This document shows, piece after piece, positions 10,428 through 22,605 of a DNA stretch of 64,000 nucleotides. The first letter of the stretch is position 1, and each line of letters begins with the position of its first letter. The translations under genes were made by a program, and so were the position numbers. Below the pieces are notes generated by a model that saw only the letters and a program-made list of their open reading frames with translations, was not told the origin of the DNA and did not search any database. Origin of the DNA: Azolla caroliniana (taxonomy: Eukaryota; Plantae; Polypodiophyta); NCBI GenBank assembly GCA_043228905.1, contig JBHGNT010000006.1, positions 18,600,001 to 18,664,000 of the forward strand, read 5' to 3'.

Positions 10428-12727
10428 ATGGCTAGCTCGCTCCTGATGGAAAAGCTCGACAGATCCAACAATTACGCATCTTGGTCTTACAAGATGCACC
10501 AGTACCTACTTGGGCATGGTTACTAGAGCCATGTCGACACAGCTAATGACACAGCACCTGATGCGGCACATAAGGACTTCCAAGTGTGGGAACAAGCAGC
10601 AAGCAGAGTGATGTACTACTTTGTGTCCAGTGTCGGAGACCAACTGTTGAGCCATGTCCAAGATGCCAAGACGCCAAAAGAAGCTTGGGGAAACCTGAAG
10701 AAGGATTTCGCAGCAAGCACTATGGCCCGGAAGCTGCAACTCCGACAAGAGTTGAGCAATGTCCGACAGAAGCACATGTCGGTAACCGATTACACGGCCG
10801 GAATCAAAGAGATCTATGACTTACTTGCCTCTATCAGCGTCATTGTAGAGGAAGATGAGATGGTGCACATCTGTCTTGGGGGCCTAGCGTCTAAGTTCGA
10901 AGCATTCCAAACGGCGGTATGTACAAGGGAGAATACGCCGTCATTTTTCAACTTCGGTGCGTCAACAAGTGCACCCACTGATAGATGAATGTTGTACACA
11001 GAGGCGGATCAGCCCCGTGGGCGTGGTGGACGAGGCAGGTCAGCTCGCAATAGTAGTGGCCGGCAAGAGCAGGACCGAAGGCACAAGGAACGTGCCGACA
11101 ACAATTCCGAACCCTCCACAAGCAGGGGGAGTCAAGACGGCGCCGGAGGCCGGCAAGCAAACGCCGACATGGAATGTTGGTACTGTGGTCAAAAGGGCCA
11201 CAGAGAAAGCAAGTGCTGGAAGAAGCGTGCCGATTCGGATAGATCTGGATCCGGCAAGGCCAGCAGAGAGAACCCGCAATACTCACACTACGCAGAATGA
11301 TCAGGAGGATCCAAAACCGGAAAAGCCAGTAAGCCTTGGTGATGAAACACAAGGCTAACTCGATGAAGACCACTTCCAAATCAGAGGAAGTGTGATACGT
11401 TGATTTCGGTGCGTCGAATCACATGATGAGTCATAGAGAATGGTTCTCTTTCTTGGAGAAACCGTAACAAATAGGACTTTTCGAAACCGGAGACGACACT
11501 CCACACCCAATCGTGCATGATGGAGAAGTCCCTTTGAGTCGTCGGACAGATGGGGAAGTTGATGAACGTATTACACGTTCCGACCATCACGAAGAACCTG
11601 GTGTCGATTGGACAGATTGTTGACCAGGGGATGCAGGTGCGGTTTACGCACCTCAGGTGCTTCATCGAGGAAGAGGGCCAAATCATTGCGCAAGGGCGCA
11701 GAGATGGGAGGATGTTTATCCTCAACACCAATGACATCGGCACTGCTTTGTTCGCCAAACGATAAAAGATTGAATCGGATATTGATCTCTAGCACAAGCG
11801 GATCGGTCACGTCAATTACCGGAGGGTTCAAGACTTGCAAATGAAACAAGTTGTTTTCAGTTTGCCAAAGTTTAGTGGTCGGAGGACCCAAGTATGTGAA
11901 GCTTGCCAACTCGGGAAGCAACACCGGCTTCCATTCCCCACCGAACGAAACCATAGCCGTAACAAGCTCAACCTTATTCATTCGGATGTATGGGGACCAG
12001 CAGAGAACGTGAGTCTTGGCAGGAGTCGATATTTCGTCTCCTTCATCGACGACTACAGCTGGCACACGTGGATCTATCTCATTGAGTAGAAGAGGGAAGT
12101 CTTCAAGTGTTTCCGGAACCTTTAAATCTTGGTTGAACGGGAAACGGAGAGGAGGATCAAGTGTCTGCGGTCGGATGGCGGAAAAGAATGTTTCTCCGGC
12201 CAAGTCAACAATTATCTGCAGCAAAAGGGAATTCAGCGAGAATTCACCTGCAGATAAACACCGGAACAGAACAGTGTGGCCGAGAGGAAGAACCGGTCAC
12301 TTATCGACGCGGCAAGGGCGATGCTGGAGGAGAAGAGCATGCCCAAGTTATACGGGGCTGAGGCGGTCCGGACGGTCGTCTACATCCAAAACCGGACCGG
12401 TGATAAGGTCTCCGCACATGAGCTGTATTTCGAGCGCAAGCAAAATTTGAGACACCTTCGGATATTCGGTAGCATTGCATATGTGCATGTGCTGGAAGCG
12501 AAGCGGAGGAAGTTGGATGCAAAGTCGAAGAAAAGCATCCTAGTTAGTTAATCGTATGAGAAAACGGGGTATAAGTGCTATAACCCCCGAACTAAGCAGG
12601 TCTGAGTAAGCCGGGATGTTGAGTTTAATGAGACGGCATCATGGTATGCCTTACCGGGTCTGACTTCCGACCCCGACCCGATACCGGAGAATGAGGCTAG
12701 TGAGCTTGAACCGGTCCAGTTGGAAGA
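10428..12727 (+). pseudogene. B gag-protease-integrase, many stops and frameshifts
   Basis: CWYCGQKGHRESKC, LHVPTITKNLVSIGQ, CEACQLGKQ, HSDVWGP, SFIDDYS, AERKNR. Confidence 0.88.
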
Positions 12728-13110
12728 TGTTGAGAATCAAGCTCAACTTGGTCTAGTGTGTGAACTCACCTTGAGAGTGAAGAGACACTCCAACGGTCAA
12801 GAGTCACCATTATGTCACCACTTTGTATTCTAGCCTTTAGTATAAGTCATAGAATCATATTCTATGACACATAACTTATGAGCTTTCACATTCCCCATGC
12901 TCCATGAGGCTTGTAGGTAATGAAGAGAGAGGGTGACTACATAAAGCACCCTCCTCCCACCTTGTATAATGTTGAGTCTTTCTCCTTTGTCAATATACTT
13001 TTACCTTGCGTATTCCTTGTCTCTCTCTCACTCTCTCTCTCTCTCTCTCATACACACACATAACTCATATCTCTTCCGCTTCACAAGAATCCATCTCTTG
13101 ATTCTTTACA
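12728..13110 (+). repeat. 5' LTR of D
   Basis: Near-identical to 17844-18244 apart from (CT)n length and a few substitutions. Confidence 0.94.
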
Positions 13111-13268
13111 TGGTATCAGAGCGATTTGGTAGCTCGATCTAGCCCATTCGCCTCATCGTGATCGTGTGTTGTGCTCCACGCTGACGACCAAGAACCGGCT
13201 CATCGCTATTGTAGCTTCGCTACATAGCTCGCATTCGAGAGAGAAGAAGAAGAAGAAGAATTGACGTA

Positions 13269-16171
13269 ATGAATACTCAAATGGGGAGCGCTCTCCCTAC
13301 CGAGAAGTTGGATCGAAACAACTTCGCATCTTGGGAGTACAAGATGCACCAATACCTTGTCGGACAAAGCTATTATTGGAGCTACATCAAAGGAGTGCAT
13401 GAAGACCGACCCGCCGAAACGGCTCCCGTATACGCAACATGGGAGCAAGCCGCAAGCCGCGTGATGTATTGTTTGGCGACATGTGTTCATGACCACATGC
13501 TCAGTCACATTCGAGAAGCCAAGACACCAAAGGAAGCGTGGGAAAACCTATGAAAGATTTTCGCCGCCAACACGACCACGAGGAAGCTTCAACTCCGCCA
13601 AGAGTTGAACAACATTCAACAAAGGGATATGTCCATCACGACATACACCTTGAAGATCAAGGAGCTTTGCGACTCGCTCGGCTCAATAAGCGTAAGTATA
13701 GATAATGATGAGATGGTGCAAATATGCCTCGGCGGCCTCGCACCACGGTTCGGCGCGATGCGAACCGCCATTCTAGCACGAGATAAATCTCCCTCCTTCT
13801 TCAAGCTCCAATCAATGCTATTGGTCGAAGAAAACCACACGTGTACAAGGAGCAATGAGTCGGAAGGCCACATGCTCTACACGCACTCTAATGGAGGAAG
13901 AGGACGCGGACGAGCGAGAGGCCGATTCGGCCAAGGACAAGGCGGACGAGGTCCGACCTACGACAACAACTCCCAATTTCGGCCGCAAAACGGAGGCCAA
14001 TGAGGAACCTTCGCAAGAAGGGGGAGCTTCCACTCCGGCCTGAGCCGTCAAAACGCAACCGAATGCGGATATTGCGGAAAGCTCGGCCACCACGAAGAAG
14101 AGTGCCGAAAGAAGATGCGTGAATCAGCTTCCACAAGCCGACAACTCACGAATTACGCGCACAATTCCGACTATGAAGAGTATAACGGAATGTACGGGCA
14201 CAACTCCGACTACGAGGATCGTGGCGGAATGTACGCATACAACTCCGACCGTGGCGGAATGTTCATGATGAAACATAGAGCAAACTCTATGTCGGCCTCT
14301 ACCTCAACTAGTGCCCTCAATCCGGAGGACTATGGTTTGTTGACTTCGGAGCCTTAAACCATATGACATCCCACAAAGAATGGTTTCTAGAACTTCGAGA
14401 GCCGGAGCGACCCGGTTATGTCAAAACTGGAGATGACACTACGCACCCGATTCGGCACATCGGCAATGTTCCGTTCGGCGAAAGAGGTAAGCAAATATAC
14501 ATTAAAAATTTCTTGCATGTACCCACCATCACAAAGAATTTGGTCTCGGTCGGCCAAATGGTTGAGCAAGGGATGCAAGTACAATTCGACCAAGAAGGGT
14601 GTTTCATCGAAAAAGAAGGCGGAATCATCGCACGCGGAAGAAGAGAGGGCCGATGTTCATTCTCGATTCGCACGAGATGAAATCCGCTATGTTCGCGAAA
14701 AGCACGAAAGCCAACTCCGACATAGAGCTATGGCATAAGCGAATCGGCCACATCAATCTCAACAAACTCAAAGCAATGAAATTGAAAGGAGTCGTCATCA
14801 AACTCCCGACATTCAAAGACAAGGAAATTGAAGGTGTATGCGAAGCATGCCAATTCGGCAAGCAACACCGACACCCATTTCCGAAGGAGCGGAATGTGAG
14901 CAAAGGCGTACTCGACGTAATTCATTCCGATGTATGGGGTCCGGCTCAAACGGCGACATTCGGCGGATGCCGATATTACGTGCTCTTCATCGACGACTTT
15001 TCTAGGCACCACTTGGATCTACCCGATGTGGCAAAACAACGAAGTGCTCGGACACTTCCAAAATTTCAAGAATGAAGTCGACAAAGCCACGGGCCGACAT
15101 GTACGATGCCTTCGATCGGATGGCGGCAAGGAGTACTTCTCAGACGATTTCACGACGTATCTTCGAAAGGAAGGAATTCGGCGAGAATTCACTTGCCGAC
15201 ACACTCCACAACAAAACGGAGTAGACGAGGGCAAAAATCGGCACATCCTTGAATTAGTGCAGGCCATGATGAACAAGAAGCATATGCCCAAGTCATATTG
15301 GGCCGAAGCGGCAAATACGGTCGTCTACCTAATGAACCGGTGCACAACATCCGACGTGCACGAGGTCACTCCGCACGAAAGATTCTTCGGAAAGAAGCCG
15401 AACCTATCACATGTTCGGACATTCGGCTCCATTGCGTACGTGCACATCCCCGACGAGAAGCATCAAAAGCTCGACTCGAAGTCGGAGAAATGTATCCTCG
15501 TAGGATACTCACTGGAGCAAAAGGGGTACAAGTGCTACAACCCCTCAACTCGAAAATCTCGGGTAAGTCAAGACGTCATCTTTGACGAATCCGCATCCTG
15601 GTACGCACCAGAGACAACTTCGACTCCGACCCCGCTTGACCCGGAATCCACCGAACAAGAGATAGAGGATGAAGATCATCTTACGCGCATGTTCAAAGAA
15701 AGGCTGATCACGACCCGACTGAGCGGACCACAAGAGCCTTTGAGTGATCAAAGCACATCACGGCCTAGCCCGAAGATAGACAAAGGCAAGGCGAAAATGG
15801 CGGAATATGAAGACGATCGCTTCGACGATGATGAATCGACTCACTCACTCGACAGTGAGTTCGGCGGTTTCGAGGTACCAATCAGAGCCTAGAAAGCCCT
15901 CCTCTCTGCAAATGAAAAGCTCCGCCGATCCACTCATGAAAAGAACCCCGTAAGCCGATTCGGATACAACGATTATATGGCGTACCATTACGCCTTTATA
16001 ATGAAGGTAGCGACAGTACGGGAGCCGGAAACCTTTTCAGAAGCCATGAAGGACCCGCGATGGATCGAAGCTATGAACGAGGAGATGCAGGCACTACGGA
16101 AGAACGAGACCTGAGATCTTGTTCCCACCTCACCACACAAAAAGGCGATCGGATGCAGATGGATCTACAAG
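13269..16171 (+). pseudogene. D gag-protease-integrase, disrupted
   Basis: Gag, CGYCGKLGHHEEEC, LWHKRIGH, HSDVWGP, LRSDGGKEY, KCILVGYS, spread over broken ORFs. Confidence 0.9.
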
Positions 16172-17590
16172 GTGAAGTATAACGTCGATGGCTCCGTAAA
16201 CCGCTACAAAGCTCGACTCATAGCGAAAGGATACGCTCAAACACATGGCGTCGACTACGAAGAGACCTTTGCCCCGGTAGCAAAGATGACGACGGTGCGG
16301 ACCGTAATTGCGATTGCCGTGGCGAAAGGGTGGCACCTCCATCAAATGGACGTCAAGAACACCTTTCTACAAGGTGAATTAGAAGAGGAGGTGTACATGA
16401 TCCAACCACCTGGCTTCAACTCGAGCACTCATCCAAAAGCCGTATGCCGACTCAAGAAGCCACTCTACGGCCTCAAGCAAGCACCGCGTGCTTGGCATTC
16501 GAAGATAACGCAATATCTTCATCAAATCGGCTTCCGTATGTCAAAATCGGACAACTCCCTCTACATACGAAGCGATTCTACAAGTCAGATCGTCATCATC
16601 TTATATGTGGATGACCTAGTCATTGGAGGTGAGCATCTCGTCGAAATTAATAAAGTCAAATCCCTCCTTTCTGACAAGTTCGAGATGACGGACATGAAGG
16701 AGGTCCATTACTTCCTCGGCATCGAGGTAATTCGGACTCCGGCCGGAATCATGATCTCTCAACGGCACTACATCCTCAACTTATTATACAAGTTCGGGAT
16801 TGCTGAGTGCAAATCTGTGCCAACCCCGCTCGATCATAATCTCAAACTAGATGCGAACTCCGGCACCAAAGCGTGTGAGCCGACTCAGTATCGGCAACTC
16901 ATCGGGAGTCTCATCTACCTCACGATAACTCGACCCGATCTCAGTTATCCGGTCAGTCTCCTTAGCCAATTCATGCAAACACCGCGTGATACTCACTTGG
17001 ATTGCGCTAAGCGAGTTCTACGATACGTGAGCGGCACAATGGATTGCGGCATCCTCTACAAGACCGCGATGCCAATACGACTCGAGGGGTACATAGACGC
17101 CGATTGGGTCGGCTACAAAGCTGATAGAAGATCAACCTCCAGATTTGTTTTGTCCCTCGGCAGTGGAGCAATATCCGGGAGTAGCAAGAAGCAACCCACC
17201 GTCACTCGTTCGAGTACGGAGGCGGAATACAGGGGCACAGCCGTAGCTCCATGTGAAGCCGTATGGCTCAAGAGGATTTTGAAGGAACTGGGTGTACCCA
17301 TCAAGGATCCGACTTCCCTTTATTGCGACAACATGAGCAGTATCTATCTGGCTCGGGACCCGGTGTTCCACGTGCGGACAAAGCACATCGAAGTGCACTA
17401 TCACTTCATCCGAGAGCGCGTTCTGGCTGGCGATGTCGACCTACAACACATTAGCACCAATCTTCAAACGGCCGACATCTTCACTAAAGCCTTAGGAGCC
17501 GACAAGCTATGGCAATTCATGACCGATCTCGGATTGACGATCCTTGACCTGCCAAGCTTGAGGGGGAGTACTGAAGACACTACGCAATAA
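16172..17590 (+). CDS. Copia reverse transcriptase-RNase H of D (open segment of a broken polyprotein)
   Basis: RYKARLIAKGY, QMDVKN, LYGLKQAPRAW, YVDD, KHIEVHYHFIRE, ADIFTK. Confidence 0.9.
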   Translation: MKYNVDGSVNRYKARLIAKGYAQTHGVDYEETFAPVAKMTTVRTVIAIAVAKGWHLHQMDVKNTFLQGELEEEVYMIQPPGFNSSTHPKAVCRLKKPLYGLKQAPRAWHSKITQYLHQIGFRMSKSDNSLYIRSDSTSQIVIILYVDDLVIGGEHLVEINKVKSLLSDKFEMTDMKEVHYFLGIEVIRTPAGIMISQRHYILNLLYKFGIAECKSVPTPLDHNLKLDANSGTKACEPTQYRQLIGSLIYLTITRPDLSYPVSLLSQFMQTPRDTHLDCAKRVLRYVSGTMDCGILYKTAMPIRLEGYIDADWVGYKADRRSTSRFVLSLGSGAISGSSKKQPTVTRSSTEAEYRGTAVAPCEAVWLKRILKELGVPIKDPTSLYCDNMSSIYLARDPVFHVRTKHIEVHYHFIRERVLAGDVDLQHISTNLQTADIFTKALGADKLWQFMTDLGLTILDLPSLRGSTEDTTQ

Positions 17591-17843
17591 CGCGTGGATT
17601 CCGCAACCACGCAACGAAGCAGCGAAGAGCCGATCTACCGCGCAAAGCCGCGAAGAAAGATGCAAACCAAAGCACAGACTTCGCAACTACGCACACAAGC
17701 CGAAGTGCAGACTTCGTACAACGCAAGCTAGAGCACGGATTCCGCAACTCCGCATAAAGCGAGCCGATGCGGACTCTGGAACGCGAGTTGAAGCGGATTT
17801 CGGATACCGTCTGAAACCGACCCGACTTGAGGTTGAGGGGGTG

Positions 17844-18141
17844 TGTTGAGAATCAAGCTTAACTTGGTCTAGTGTGTGAACTCACCTTGAGAGTGAAGAG
17901 ACACTCCAACGGTCAAGAGTCACCATTATGTCACCACTTTGTATTCTAGCCTTTAGTATGAGTCATAGAATCATATTCTATGACACATAACTTATGAGCT
18001 TTCACATTCCCCATGCTCCATGAGGCTTGTAGTTAATGAAGAGAGAGGGTGACTACATAAAGCACCCTCCTCCCACCTTGTATAATGTTGAGTCTTTCTC
18101 CTTTGTCAATATACTTTTACCTTGCGTATTCCTTGTCTCTC

Positions 18142-18186
<45 letters not shown>

Positions 18187-18244
18187 CACACACATAACTC
18201 ATATCTCTTCCGCTTCACAAGAATCCATCTCTTCATTCTTTATA
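17844..18244 (+). repeat. 3' LTR of D
   Basis: Copy of the 5' LTR, ending TATA instead of TACA. Confidence 0.93.
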
Positions 18245-18940
18245 GACGACAAAGGGTTCGTGACTCTAGATGAGAGTCCGGAATCGTTTCGGTTGAGCAG
18301 GCCCAGCAAGCGACTGAGTTCGGATAACCAGTCGGATGATGAACCGGCAAGTAGTGGAGACTCTATCGTGCTCTCCCCGCGCAAGGAACCGAGGAGATGG
18401 TTCATGCGCAAGGAAAAGGGGAAGAGGAAGATGCCGAAGCACGAGACCAGCAATGGCGAGTCAGATAGGAACGGATCCGACTCCGAAAAAAACCGGACAA
18501 CGATAAGATACGCCGGTCTTCCCGCCAAAAGAACCCCGTGAAGCGGAACGGGTACAATGAGTACATGGCGCATCACTATGCATACATGACAAAGGTGGCG
18601 GAAGTGCATGAACTGGAGAGCTACGAAGAAGCGGCAAAAGACGCAAATTGGCATGCCGCTATGGAGGAAGAAATGCGGGCACTTGATGCCAAAGACACAT
18701 GGGACCTAGTTGACCCTCCCCAACACTGTAAACCGATCGGATGTAAGTGGGTATACTAGTTAAAGTACAATGCAGACGGTTTGGTTAACCGGTACAAGGC
18801 TCGGTTAGTGGCGAAGGGATACGCGCAGACCCATGGAATCGACTACGACGAGACCTTCGCTCCAGTAGCGAAGATGACGACGGTTTGTGTGGTGCTGGCG
18901 GTTTCTTCGGCAAGGGGGTGGCATCTTCACCAGATGGACG
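18245..18940 (+). pseudogene. B integrase-RT linker and RT N-terminus
   Basis: [32 protein letters not shown]; cut by C. Confidence 0.85.
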
Positions 18941-19373
18941 TGTTAACTCTTAGGGCCGGACAATGGCCTAACACAGGGTGTCTACGGAAGACACTTCACC
19001 AAAGGGGTGTTACGACAAGAGGATTAGGCTCTACGATTAATCCGATTTAATTAGGTTACTTAGCAAGATCATCCTTAATAATCACACGCGTAAGATATAA
19101 CAATGAATGCAGAACGGCAATTAACACAGAGATAAAAACACTAAGCTTCATTAATTATCCATCGCTCATTACATTGTATCCGGGCCTTTAAATAGGTTTC
19201 TGGTTTGTAGTACAAAACGGTGCCATCCGCACCTGTTCGGGATCGGTCCGGATCCGAAACGGCATACCGATTCCGGTCCATCCGTCCACACTAATAGCTT
19301 ACTTACAACCATTCCTTAATAATTAAATAACTCCTTCATTTCACACTCTGGACTCCTATGCCGGCCGGTAACA
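18941..19373 (-). repeat. 3' LTR of C
   Basis: TG...CA termini; close copy at 28350-28784. Confidence 0.93.
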
Positions 19374-19428
19374 CATGGCACGCCCGTGGGACAGTACCTT
19401 GTACGTCGAATCCACCATCCGACCCTTG

Positions 19429-22408
19429 CTATTCTTCATCCAAAATATCGAGAATGCTTTGTTCGAGAGTCTCCAACGGTTCATCTGGAATTGGTGGTTG
19501 TTGTTGTTGTTGTGGTTACTGCTGCTCCGTTGATGGCTGCTGCGACTGGTCCTTTGGTGGCTGCTACGACTGCATCTCCATTTGTTGCTCTGACACCGGC
19601 GTTTCTGTCGTTGCTCCCTCCGTCGTAGTGGTCTCCGGTTGACTGGTTCCGGCCTGGCCCTCGGCCGGCGACGGTTCCTCATCACTAAGGTTAACCCTTG
19701 CCGCTTCCCGTGCTTTTTCATCCCGAACCCGGGACCGCGCGTAGCTCTCAAACTGGATTTAAGCGTCCAGCCTATCATCATCTAGGTGAGCTACGAGTTG
19801 CCAGACCTGCACCAGTTGTTCATCCGCCAGGACTTGGAAGTCTTCAGCCAGTTCGTCCCGTATGGTGGTGAAGTCCTCAGAAGTCAACGTGTAACAATCA
19901 TCTCCTTCCTTCCGCCGGTTTTCCACGTCTGCCCGTAGCAATTGGAGTTCCGCCGTATTTTGTGCCCACTTTGTCCACCATCTTACGGAGCTTTCGTCAA
20001 TCAAGCGTTTTGTCTGATTCAGCCATGCACTGAGGATGCACTGAATCCGACCCGTTCCCATCTGCGATTTGATCTCCGCAGCTTGTCGTTCCTCCTTCAA
20101 TTGCTTGATGATTTTGACGTTGTCTTCTGCCTGCTCCTTGTAATGCGTTAACTGCCTTTGATATGTGCTTTGTAATTTTTGCAATACCGTTGTCGCTCTC
20201 TCCCTTTCTTCCTACTGCTGACTCTGGAGCTCCATCCGGACCTTCTCCACCTCATCCAACCGTCTTGTATTTTCCACTCGTTCGTCGGCGAGCGCCATCG
20301 CGGCCTGATCAACTTCCTATCGGAGCTCGGCCATCCGTTCCTTATGCTCCGTTTCCAGCCATTTGTAGTCCCGATGCAGGTGCTAAAAATCATCTGTCTT
20401 TTTCTTGAGCTGTACGTTGATCTGTCGACAGGCCCGGTCCTCGTGGTCCTTCTGCTGGCGGAGCTCCTCCTTTAGCCGTTCAATTTCCGTTTCCGCCGTC
20501 TTCCGTAGCTTGTCCTTTTCCTACAGCACTTTGTCTTTTTCCTCGCTTAGCCGGTCGTACGCTTGATGGCCTTTCCGAAGGCTCTCCTCTGCCCGGCGGA
20601 GGTTCTCAGCAGTCTTCTTTAATTCTACTTCGGCCGTTGTCTTCAATTCCCATTCACGGCTCCTTAGCGCTTCTTGTGCGGCAAGTTCATGTCTCAATTC
20701 CGCAAGCTCCTGGGCTTGCGCCACATCTCTCTCTGGAAAGGTTTCTGTTGCCGGGGTCTTATTAGTATGTACAGGTTGGTCTGGTTCTTTATTCTGTATA
20801 CTTACCGGAGTCGCCGGTGATTGGATCTGTGTTGCCGTTAAGGCCATTTTGGCCATTTCTGCCGTGACCTGATTCAAGTCTTTTTCAAGGCACCGGATTC
20901 TGGACCGGGCCGTCTCTAGTTGTTCGGTTGTGACGAGCAACCGTTCGCTTTGCGCTCATTCTTCCACCTCAATATACCCCACTGCTCCGGCAATCTGTTC
21001 ACCTATCCACCGGAGCCACAGGCTACCGGTGCGTTGTTGTTGCGCTTGCACGGAGGTTTGACGGATGGGCTCGCTTGTGGGTGGGTGGTCCCGCCTGATT
21101 GCGCGGAGTTGCAATTCCGTTTCTGCTAGTGGACCACCTTGTTGTCCTGGTTCCCCTTGCGCTTCTTCTTGGTTGGCCGAGGGAGGCTTCATTGACCTTT
21201 CCGACTCTGGCAGAACGGGACTTGCCGGTGCTGCCGGTGGTGCAGGGGCTTCTGATTCCGGTGCCATGCGCACCGGTTCCAGTTCCTCCCTTCGTGTGGG
21301 AGTCTCAGTATGGGGAGCCGGTGTTCCCTCTGGCTGGGGGTCCGAACGTTTCCCGGCTTCCTCAACGGTCCTTGCCGATGACCGTCGCTAGAGGTGCTCC
21401 GTAGGCTCCTCCTCTATTTCCTCCTCTGAGTCCCGGCATTGAGTTTCGCCGCCAAGGGGTCCGCTTCTCTATTCACCGGTCGGCGGAGTGTAATCTTTAC
21501 GGACTGTACCGGTGGTTCCTCCTGCGCATCCGTTGGCCGCTTCCAGCTGGCGCTCTCCTTTCCCGCCTGTTCTACGTCCGCTGCCTTCCCCTTAGTGGCC
21601 TTAAAGGCCAACAACTGTTGTCTTTTGGAAGGAGTCTTTGGGGTGTTGTCCGCCACTCTTCCCCGCTTCTTGGGCTCGACGGGCTCGACGGGTGGCACAA
21701 GCAAGGTCAGCCACTGCGTTACTGCATGCCATATCCTCCGTCCGTCTCGGCCTTCTTTGCCGTTTTTTCCTTTGACGATCTCGATCGCCGCACACAAACC
21801 GTCTGCGATCAATACCGGCCTATCCACCTCAATCCCTTCATAGGTGGCGATGATCATCCCTGCCCGGTTCTACGGCATGACAGGGGGTCTAGGGTACACA
21901 TGGCCGTATTCGTGGAGCACACGGGCAATCTCGCAGAACAGCATATCTCCGCCGCCATGTGTCCGGTAGCCCTTGCTGGCTAGGGAGTACTCACCAAAAT
22001 ACTTGATGAGTTGCTCCGAGGTCGGATTGTCGATCGTGAATATGCCTCCCTCCGGAAGGCCTGTTAATGCACGGATCACCTCCGTCGTTATGACCTCTGT
22101 GTTGATTTCTTTGATCACCTTGTCAGCTTCTTTGTGTGGCGGTACCTCCATAATCGTCAAGAAGCCCTCCAGCCCGTGTTACTTTAGCCATTTCTTGGCG
22201 GCTTCCAATCGCGTTTGCGGGTCCATGTTTGTGTCGGGGTCAGATTGTGGTGGCGAGGTTGGATAGTGATGAGAGAGAGAGTTCAGAAAGCAGGGGTTCT
22301 CTGTGCGTAGGTTCTCGTCTGATGGTCTTCCAACGCCTTGGTGCTTCTGTGCTCCTGGGTTCACGAAAGTAGAAGGTCTCCATGCGTTGTGGTTTTTCTC
22401 TGTGCATT
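19429..22408 (-). pseudogene. Extra 3' ORF of C (homolog of A 3407-6529); start approximate
   Basis: VIRALTGL, YFGEYSLASKGYRTHGG, WLTLLVPPV, WLRWIGEQ, IRDELAEDF and DILDEE* align with the A extra ORF. Confidence 0.82.
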
Positions 22409-22605
22409 CTGGCGCCTTTTTCGAGCGTGTGCACGTCGTGTCTTAAAATAGCATTATGTCCTGTGGCGGCGCTTAAATGACCAATACGTACCTTTTCGCT
22501 CCTCGCTCTCTCATCCGTCCATACCTCGCTTTTGCATGATTACTTCGCTTTTCTTTTTCTTTTCTTTTTTTTTTTTCTTTTCTTTTTTTTTAATGTAGTG
22601 TGAGG

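Larger units (their letters stand above)
12728..18244 (+). mobile_element. Ty1/copia element D, full length, disrupted
   Basis: LTRs 12728-13110 and 17844-18244, TSD GAAGA/GACGA (1 mismatch), Met PBS 13111-13122, PPT before 17844. Confidence 0.94.
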
